From: an uncultured Verrucomicrobiae bacterium
GTDB lineage: Bacteria > Verrucomicrobiota > Verrucomicrobiia > Limisphaerales > UBA11358
DNA length: 64,000 nucleotides
Direction: 5' to 3'
Assembly: GCA_963835625.1 (NCBI GenBank)
Contig: CAWIGO010000012.1
Span: forward strand, 28,895 to 92,894
Shown here: piece by piece, positions 58,122 through 64,000 of the stretch
How the letters are laid out: every line of letters begins with the position of its first letter
Position numbering within the stretch: position 1 is the stretch's first letter
Made by a program: the position numbers and the translations under genes
Notes under the pieces: model-generated
The model's database searches: none
Told to the model about the DNA's origin: nothing
What the model saw: only the letters and a program-made list of their open reading frames with translations

Positions 58122-59242
58122 ACATCGTCATCATCGGCTTGAGCCACCGTTCGTCGCCTGTCAAATTGCGGGAGCGGTTCGCCTTTGCCGAGGCGAAAAT
58201 TCCCGACGCACTCAAGTCGCTGCGCGAATCCGGCGTCGCTGGTGAAGCAGTCATTCTTTCAACGTGCAATCGCGTGGAAATTTACGCCGCGACCTCGCTT
58301 GAACCCGCCAAAGCGTTCGCCAAATTAAAACAACTTTTCTTAAGATGGGGCGAGACTGCCGGCGAGCCGCTTGGAACGCAAAATCCCGGCTTGCGAGGAC
58401 GCTCGCCCCACCAAGATGAAATCGGAGATGAAATTTACACGCTCGCCGAACCGCAAAGCCTGCAGCACCTGTTCAAAGTCGCGTGCGGCCTCGACTCGAT
58501 GGTGCTCGGTGAAACGGAAATCCTCGGCCAGCTCAAGCAGGCTTACGCGCTCGCGCATCGCCACGGCCACACCGGCGCGTGGTTGAACAGGGCATTTCAA
58601 TGCGCGTTTCACGTCGCCAAGCTCATTCGCAGTCAGACGAACATCCAGCGCGGCAGTGTTTCCGTGGCGTCCGTCGCGGTTGAACTCGCGGAGAAAATTT
58701 TTGGTTTGCTGCATGATCGTGAAGTGCTCGTTGTCGGCGCCGGCGACACGAGCGAAAAAACCGCCCGCGCCCTGCTCTCCCGCGGTGCGCGCAGCATTAT
58801 CGTGGCAAATCGTTCACACGACCGCGCGGTGGCATTGGCGAACGAACTCGGCGGACGCGCCGTGCAGTTCGATGATTGGGCGGCGGAATTTGAAAAAATT
58901 GACATCGCCATCAGCAGCACATCCGCGCCGCATCACATTCTCAACCGCGCAAAACTCGAACCGTTGATGAAGGCGCGCAAGCATCGTCCGCTGCTGCTCA
59001 TTGATATCGCCGTGCCGCGTGACATTGATCCCGAAGTGAATTTCCTGGAGAACGTTTACCTTTACAATATTGACGATCTCCAAGCCATCGCCGCCGGCTA
59101 TTTGAAACAGCGCAAGGAGGAAATCGCGCGGTGTGAACAAATCATCGCTGAAAAGGTGAATGCTTTGCTTGAAACGAAAAACATTCAGCCACAGACAAGC
59201 ACAGATGGGCGTGGATTGAAAACGACGCCCGCAAAACTCTGA
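58118..59242 (+). CDS. hemA: Glutamyl-tRNA reductase
   Basis: Trimmed to the ATG at 58118 (MNIVIIGLSHRSSPVKLRERFAF...). STCNRVEIY and GLDSMVLGE motifs and a Rossmann VVGAGDT are present. Confidence 0.93.
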   Translation: MNIVIIGLSHRSSPVKLRERFAFAEAKIPDALKSLRESGVAGEAVILSTCNRVEIYAATSLEPAKAFAKLKQLFLRWGETAGEPLGTQNPGLRGRSPHQDEIGDEIYTLAEPQSLQHLFKVACGLDSMVLGETEILGQLKQAYALAHRHGHTGAWLNRAFQCAFHVAKLIRSQTNIQRGSVSVASVAVELAEKIFGLLHDREVLVVGAGDTSEKTARALLSRGARSIIVANRSHDRAVALANELGGRAVQFDDWAAEFEKIDIAISSTSAPHHILNRAKLEPLMKARKHRPLLLIDIAVPRDIDPEVNFLENVYLYNIDDLQAIAAGYLKQRKEEIARCEQIIAEKVNALLETKNIQPQTSTDGRGLKTTPAKL

Positions 59243-59274
59243 CAGAATTTGGTGGTCGTACATTTTGCAGCTTC

Positions 59275-59324
59275 GGTGGGGCGAGCATCCTCGCGAGCCG
59301 GCTCGTCAGTAGCCTCGCCCCACC
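59275..59324. repeat. REP-like nested palindrome GGTGGGGCGAG...CTCGCCCCACC
   Basis: The 11-bp outer arms (59275-59285 and 59314-59324) enclose an inner CGAGCCGGCTCG palindrome. It lies between hemA and hemC. Confidence 0.7.
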
Positions 59325-59395
59325 AAACCATACCACTACCCAGAATTGTTATTCTTCTCATTTGTGTTTATCTGTGTTTATCTGTGGCTGAAAAA

Positions 59396-60424
59396 ATGCC
59401 AGCGGAACGCCCTATCATGATCGCCACGCGCGGCAGCGCGCTGGCGCTTGCGCAGGCGAATTTGATCGCGTCAAACGGCCGCTTCATGTTTCCAAAACTG
59501 CGGTTTGAACTAAAAATCATTCAAACCACCGGAGACAAGATGCAGGCCTCGCTGCTGGCTAAAAAATCCGGCGTAAGCCTGCCGAAAGGCCTGTTCACGA
59601 AAGAACTCGAAGTCGCCCTGCTCAAAAACCAGGCCGACCTCGCGGTGCATAGTTTGAAGGATTTGCCGACCGATCTGCCCGCCGGACTGAAACTCGTCGC
59701 GACGCCGAAACGCGCCGATGTCCGTGACGTACTGATTTACCGCGACGCCAAATATTTCTCTCAACTTTCAACCCTCAACCCTCAACCAGCCGAATGGACT
59801 CCGGGCCAATCGGCGTTGCGCGGCCTTAAACCGCACATGACGCTGAAAGATTTGCCGGCAAAAGCGACCGTCGCCACGAACAGCACGCGGCGCAAAGCGC
59901 AACTGCTGGCGGCACGGCCCGATTTAAACGTGGTCGAGATTCACGGCAACCTGCCGACGCGCCTGCGGAAAATCGCCGAGCGCGGCGAGCTGGACGCAAC
60001 GGTGCTTGCGCTGGCCGGTCTGATACGGCTGAATTTCTGTGTCACGCCCGAAGGCAAACTCGAAGGCGACGCGGTTCCGGACGGTTTGCTGGCAACAGTT
60101 TTGGATTTGGACATGATGCTGCCGTGCGTTGGCCAGGGCGCGATTGGCATCGAGATTCGCGCGGACGACGAACGCGTAGGCGCGATTTGCGAGCGGCTGA
60201 ATCATTTCAACACGTTCCAGTGTGTGACGGCGGAGCGCGCGTTTCTGCGCGCAATGGGCGGTGGCTGCCAGAGTCCCGTGGCCGCCTACGCCGAAATTGA
60301 CGGTAGCCGGATGGAAATGCGCGCGGTGTCATTCCGCGACGGGTCGGCTAGGCGCAGCAAAGGGAAACGTCCGATTGCTGAAGCGGCGGCGTTGGGCGAG
60401 GAATTGGCAGAGCAGTTGAAATAA
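59396..60424 (+). CDS. hemC: Porphobilinogen deaminase (hydroxymethylbilane synthase)
   Basis: Trimmed to the ATG at 59396 (MPAERPIMIATRGSALALAQ...). GGCQSPVAAYA carries the cofactor cysteine. It contains a lineage-specific loop insertion of about 28 aa. Confidence 0.93.
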   Translation: MPAERPIMIATRGSALALAQANLIASNGRFMFPKLRFELKIIQTTGDKMQASLLAKKSGVSLPKGLFTKELEVALLKNQADLAVHSLKDLPTDLPAGLKLVATPKRADVRDVLIYRDAKYFSQLSTLNPQPAEWTPGQSALRGLKPHMTLKDLPAKATVATNSTRRKAQLLAARPDLNVVEIHGNLPTRLRKIAERGELDATVLALAGLIRLNFCVTPEGKLEGDAVPDGLLATVLDLDMMLPCVGQGAIGIEIRADDERVGAICERLNHFNTFQCVTAERAFLRAMGGGCQSPVAAYAEIDGSRMEMRAVSFRDGSARRSKGKRPIAEAAALGEELAEQLK

Positions 60425-60427
60425 ATT

Positions 60428-60503
60428 GGTAGGGACGCGCGGCCCGCGCGTCCGACGGAAGTTCCGCCTCGTACTCCGGTCGCCTCGGCGAGGCGACCCT
60501 ACC
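60428..60503. repeat. REP-like element GGTAGGG-hairpin-spacer-hairpin-CCCTACC
   Basis: GGTAGGGACGCGCGGCCCGCGCGTCC ... GGTCGCCTC-GGC-GAGGCGACCCTACC. It begins 3 nt after the hemC stop. Confidence 0.7.
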
Positions 60504-60651
60504 TTTGCATTGATTATCACTTGGAATTGGCCAAATCGTTCTCGACAAAAGAGAAAGTCGGAAATACAACGGCCTTATGACAATCAAGCTTAACCGCAAA
60601 CTGCGCCCTAATATCTGTTAGCCAAAGAAACGAACATTACCCTAGGAAAAT

Positions 60652-61041
60652 ATGAACACACAAAACATGAAACTCACCGCAGAGGAACAATTGATGGTTG
60701 CCCGCCTCCGCAAATCGGTACTTTGGTGGCGTAGTTGGGGAAGATGGGTGACATTGATTGCTTGGATTCTGATCACGATTGCAAGTATTGTTAACCTTTG
60801 TAGGCTTAGCTTTATTGCTGGCCGGCTGGGAGAGCTGGGAGAGTCCGACAGGTCGTTTCGCGTGCTAAGGCCAATCCTTATAGGTCTTACAAGTTTCGAC
60901 GTTGGAATAATTCTAATTGCCGCTGCGATGATTGTGGTTGTCATTCAGTATTGGCATGGCAACCCAACTCGGACTCTTTTGCTCAAGCTGATAGACCATT
61001 GCAATCAAGAAAAGGTTTCAGAGGCGCAGCCGCATTCTTAA
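60652..61041 (+). CDS. Hypothetical 3-TM membrane protein
   Basis: 129 aa in an AT-rich region, with AGGAAAA upstream of the ATG. No family was recognised. Confidence 0.55.
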   Translation: MNTQNMKLTAEEQLMVARLRKSVLWWRSWGRWVTLIAWILITIASIVNLCRLSFIAGRLGELGESDRSFRVLRPILIGLTSFDVGIILIAAAMIVVVIQYWHGNPTRTLLLKLIDHCNQEKVSEAQPHS

Positions 61042-61084
61042 CTTCTAAATCCGGCGCGGTTCTGCTTTGAATCGTTGGACAGAG

Positions 61085-61600
61085 ATGAAGCACATCCACA
61101 TATACAGTGTGGCGATCACGCTGACGGTAGTCGCCCTTGTCCTAGTAATTGTTCGTTGGGACTTGTTTTTTCAGTATATCGGCAATACCACAGGAGTCTT
61201 GCTTGGTTTTGTGCTTTACACGTGGTGGCAAGAAGAAGAGAAAAAGCGATCCCAGAAAGAGAAGGTTGAACTGTTTTGGAAGGAGTTCAAAGCTTTTCTA
61301 CCAGTTCTCGAAGTCAAGGTTCGTCTCCAAAAGGAAACCTCGGCTCATCATGTTTTTGAAAATATATTCGAGTATCGCCTGCCACTTCCCGAAGTGGTCC
61401 ACTTTTGCAAGCAGGCGAACGAACTTGGGCTCGATTCCGAGTTTCGCCGCAAGCTTTCGGAGATAGTCAGCCACACGACGGTTCTCGAAGAATATGTGGA
61501 TCTTGGAGCCGATAAAATTATGAAGTGGCACACTAATTTTCAGTCGTGGCAAGGGTTTCTTTACCAGCTAGTGCTTGATGTGAAGAAGCAGTACGCCTAA
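61085..61600 (+). CDS. Hypothetical membrane-anchored protein
   Basis: ORF 61067..61600 (TTG start) trimmed to the ATG at 61085. It has two N-terminal TM helices, then a charged helical domain. Confidence 0.55.
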   Translation: MKHIHIYSVAITLTVVALVLVIVRWDLFFQYIGNTTGVLLGFVLYTWWQEEEKKRSQKEKVELFWKEFKAFLPVLEVKVRLQKETSAHHVFENIFEYRLPLPEVVHFCKQANELGLDSEFRRKLSEIVSHTTVLEEYVDLGADKIMKWHTNFQSWQGFLYQLVLDVKKQYA

Positions 61601-61743
61601 AACCATTTGGTCGCAGGCAGTCTAACCCAAGCATCCGAGTGGGATGCTGCTAAAGGGTTGGGCGGTTTTCCATTCACTGCGGCACAACGATCCACGGCTG
61701 ACATCACAGGCCCGGCGTGGCTTGAGCTCTGTCGTCGACAGGC
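61595..61743 (+). repeat. Degenerate attC-like site 3A
   Basis: GCCTAAA overlaps the stop codon and TCGCAGGCAG is L''-like. The 3' part, TGACATCACAGG..GCGTGGCTTGAGCTCTGTCGTCGACAGGC, closely parallels the 3' arm of site 1A. Confidence 0.4.
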
Positions 61744-61786
61744 TAAAAATTTTCTTCGCGCCCTTCGCGCGACCATTTCCTGAAAT

Positions 61787-61817
61787 AAAAACGGCGCGGG
61801 TTTTCGCCCGCGCCGTT
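61787..61817 (-). terminator. Rho-independent terminator after glnA
   Basis: Minus strand reads AACGGCGCGGG-CGAAAA-CCCGCGCCGTT followed by TTTT, about 25 nt downstream of the glnA stop. Confidence 0.75.
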
Positions 61818-61842
61818 GCTCCCCATTCCTCCGGAGCGTGTT

Positions 61843-63255
61843 TTACACGTCGTAATACATGAAGAATTCGTAAGGATGCGGACGCAGCCGGATGGCGTCA
61901 TGTTCCTTGCGCTTGGCGCTGATCCACATCTCAATGAAGTCTTCGGTGAAGACGTCGCCCTTGAGCAGGAATTGATGATCCTTTTCGAGAGCGTCAATGG
62001 CTGCATTAAGACTGCCGAGTATCTGCGGAATCTTGGCGTGTTCCTCCGGCGGCAATTCATACATGTTTTTGTCAATGGGTTCGCCGGGATCAATCTTGTT
62101 CAGAACGCCGTCCAGACCGGCCATGAGCAGCGCGGCAAAGCAGAGATACGGATTCGCCGCCGGGTCCGGCGGACGATATTCCAATCGCTTGGCTTTGGGA
62201 TTGTCGCTGTAGGTCGGAATGCGGATGGCCGCCGAGCGGTTGCGTGAGCTGTAAGCCAGGTTCACGGGCGCTTCGAAACCCGGCACCAGCCGCTTGTAAC
62301 TGTTGGTGGTGGGACTGCAAAAGGCGCACAGGGCATGAGCGTGCTTGAGGAGGCCGCCGGCATAGTAGAGGGCCATTTTGCTCAGGCCGGCGTATTCGTT
62401 GCCGGCAAACAGCGGCTTGCCCTTCTTCCACAAGCTCTGGTGCGTGTGCATACCGGAGCCGTTGTCGCCGAACAGAGGCTTGGGCATCAGGGTCACCGTC
62501 TTGCCATGTTTCTTGGCCACGTTCTTCAACACATACTTATACACCATCATGTGGTCGGCCATTTTTAAGAGCGTGTCGAAACGAATGTCAATTTCCGCCT
62601 GGCCCGCCGTGGCCACCTCGTGATGTTGCTTCTCAATCTGAAGCCCCAATTCCTCCATCGTCAGCACCATCTCGGTGCGGATGTCCTGCTGCGTGTCCAG
62701 CGGAGCCACAGGGAAATAACCTTCCTTGTGACGGATTTTGTTGCCGAGGTTTGGCATCTCGTCGCGGCCGGTGTTCCAAATGCCTTCCTCGCTGTCAATG
62801 GAGTAGAACGTGCCGTTGCACTTGGAATCGAATTGCACGTTGTCAAAGATAAAAAATTCGGCTTCGGGGCCGAAGAAGGCCTGATCGCCAATGCCGGTGG
62901 AGATGAGGTATTTTTCAGCCTTCTGCGCAATGCCGCGCGGGTCGCGGCTGTAAGGCTCCAACGTGCCGGTTTCGGCAATGGTGCAGGTGAGTGAAAGTGT
63001 CGGCACGGCCATGAACGGATCTATGAACGCCGTCTCCGGGTCGGGCATGGCCAGCATGTCGCTGGCTTCAATGCTCTTCCAGCCGCGAATGGAAGAACCA
63101 TCGAAACCGATGCCTTCGGTGAAGGTTTCCTCGGCCAGTTCCGCGATGGAACAACTGAAGTGCTGCCAGGTACCGAAGGTGTCCACGAACTTGATGTCCA
63201 CCATTTTCGCCCCCGCCTTTTTTGCCATTTCAATAACGCTATTGGGTGTTGCCAT
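61843..63255 (-). CDS. glnA: Glutamine synthetase type I
   Basis: 470 aa with the GS beta-grasp and catalytic domains ([27 protein letters not shown]). Confidence 0.96.
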   Translation of the reverse strand: MATPNSVIEMAKKAGAKMVDIKFVDTFGTWQHFSCSIAELAEETFTEGIGFDGSSIRGWKSIEASDMLAMPDPETAFIDPFMAVPTLSLTCTIAETGTLEPYSRDPRGIAQKAEKYLISTGIGDQAFFGPEAEFFIFDNVQFDSKCNGTFYSIDSEEGIWNTGRDEMPNLGNKIRHKEGYFPVAPLDTQQDIRTEMVLTMEELGLQIEKQHHEVATAGQAEIDIRFDTLLKMADHMMVYKYVLKNVAKKHGKTVTLMPKPLFGDNGSGMHTHQSLWKKGKPLFAGNEYAGLSKMALYYAGGLLKHAHALCAFCSPTTNSYKRLVPGFEAPVNLAYSSRNRSAAIRIPTYSDNPKAKRLEYRPPDPAANPYLCFAALLMAGLDGVLNKIDPGEPIDKNMYELPPEEHAKIPQILGSLNAAIDALEKDHQFLLKGDVFTEDFIEMWISAKRKEHDAIRLRPHPYEFFMYYDV

Positions 63256-63388
63256 ATTTTAGGATGCGAAGTTGTTGATTGTTAAGATTGTTGATTTTGT
63301 TCGTTTGTTTGTTAGTGCAGCCGAAACCAAAAGCTGCGCCGGCCATGACTTTGGCCAAGAACCGGCACAGCGTCGAGTATTTTTTAAG

Positions 63389-64000
63389 TTAACTATGATA
63401 GCCCTCCTCGCCGTGTTCGCTGATGTCAAGACCGGAGATTTCAACTTCCTCGGTCGGACGGAGACCTACCAGCGCCTTGGTGATATACGCGATGACGATG
63501 GTGCCCACGATGGTCAACACCAACGTGATGCCAATCGCTTTGAGCTGCTCCCAGACCAGCGGTTGGAACCAACTGTCCGTAACATAGGTTTTAAGATTGG
63601 TCGCGAGGTTCGGATTGACGGCATTGCGCGCGAGCATGCCGGTCATCAATGCCCCGGTCAATCCACCGATGCCGTGAACGCCGAATGTGTCCAAGGCATC
63701 GTCATAGCCAAACCAACTCTTGACCTTGTAGCAGAAGAACCACGGGATGGAGCCGGCGGCAATGCCGATCCAGATCGAGCCCTGCGGAGTGACGAAACCG
63801 CATGCAGGAGTAATGACCACCAGACCCGCAACGGCGCCGGAACAGAAACCCAGCACGCTCGGCCTGCCTTTGACAATCCACTCCCACATCGGCCAGACGA
63901 ATGAAGCCACCGCTGTGGCAATCGTCGTGGTAGTGAAAGCATTGGCCGCCACCACGTCAGCCGCAAGCGCACTGCCGGAGTTGAACCCGTACCAGCCCAC
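63389..64000 (-). CDS. amtB: Ammonium transporter (C-terminal part; the 5' end lies beyond the window)
   Basis: The ORF runs off the window edge. VHGIGGLTGALMTG and GWYGFN are typical of the Amt family. Confidence 0.9.
   Translation of the reverse strand: MGWYGFNSGSALAADVVAANAFTTTTIATAVASFVWPMWEWIVKGRPSVLGFCSGAVAGLVVITPACGFVTPQGSIWIGIAAGSIPWFFCYKVKSWFGYDDALDTFGVHGIGGLTGALMTGMLARNAVNPNLATNLKTYVTDSWFQPLVWEQLKAIGITLVLTIVGTIVIAYITKALVGLRPTEEVEISGLDISEHGEEGYHS

Larger units (their letters stand above)
60617..61743 (+). mobile_element. Possible degenerate cassette locus 3
   Basis: A GTTAGCC near-core (60617-60623), two AT-rich membrane-protein ORFs, then a degenerate attC-like element that resembles site 1A. 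Confidence 0.4.

Noticed and set aside
63256-63388. The amt-glnA intergenic region, checked for a glutamine riboswitch (glnA RNA motif) or a sigma-54 TGGCAC-N5-TTGC promoter.
   Set aside because: I could find no convincing match to either consensus by eye. Only weak hairpins are present.

Overview
The window is a GC-rich bacterial chromosome segment, probably from Verrucomicrobiota or another PVC-group organism. That placement is an inference from the fused lpxC-fabZ gene, the Ala/Lys/Pro-rich tails on ribosomal proteins and the repeat families; it was not verified. Most of the window is the core transcription/translation supercluster, nearly all on the minus strand:
- tRNA-Thr, tuf, tRNA-Trp, tRNA-Ser, secE, nusG, rplKAJL, rpoBC (38.0-51.0 kb)
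- rpsL, rpsG, fusA (34.5-37.7 kb)
- S10, spc and alpha operons, rpsJ through rplQ (9.6-26.8 kb)

The flanks carry mlaEFD, a PIN/TRAM gene, a GlcD-like oxidase, rsmI, cutA, lpxA, lpxC-fabZ, a GspE-like ATPase, ccsA-like/hemA/hemC, glnA and a partial amt. I saw no rRNA, CRISPR array, transposase or integrase.

The most interesting signal is three AT-richer islets at 7.1-9.1, 53.5-55.7 and 60.6-61.7 kb. In each, short unrelated same-strand ORFs are separated by about 100-145 bp imperfect palindromes. These start with RYYYAAC (GCCTAAC) and end with GTTRRRY (GTTAGGC), and they have paired L boxes with unpaired bases, which is the architecture of integron attC sites. No integron integrase is present in the window, so these look like CALIN or secondary-site cassette clusters.

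Other notable points:
- rpsN shows an apparent +1 frameshift.
- A Y-family DNA polymerase gene with its own terminator and promoter splits the S10 operon between rplW and rplB.
- A 7.3 kb accessory module lies between fusA and rpsJ: PepSY, a YncE-like propeller, a two-component system, DUF2127 and a MacA/MacB-type permease without an ATPase.
- Short tandem 6-8-mer repeats fill the intercistronic spacers. One 26-mer from such a spacer is also embedded in-frame in hemC.
- There is a GGTAGGG...CCCTACC REP-like family.

All calls were made by eye from the sequence and the ORF track; no searches were run.
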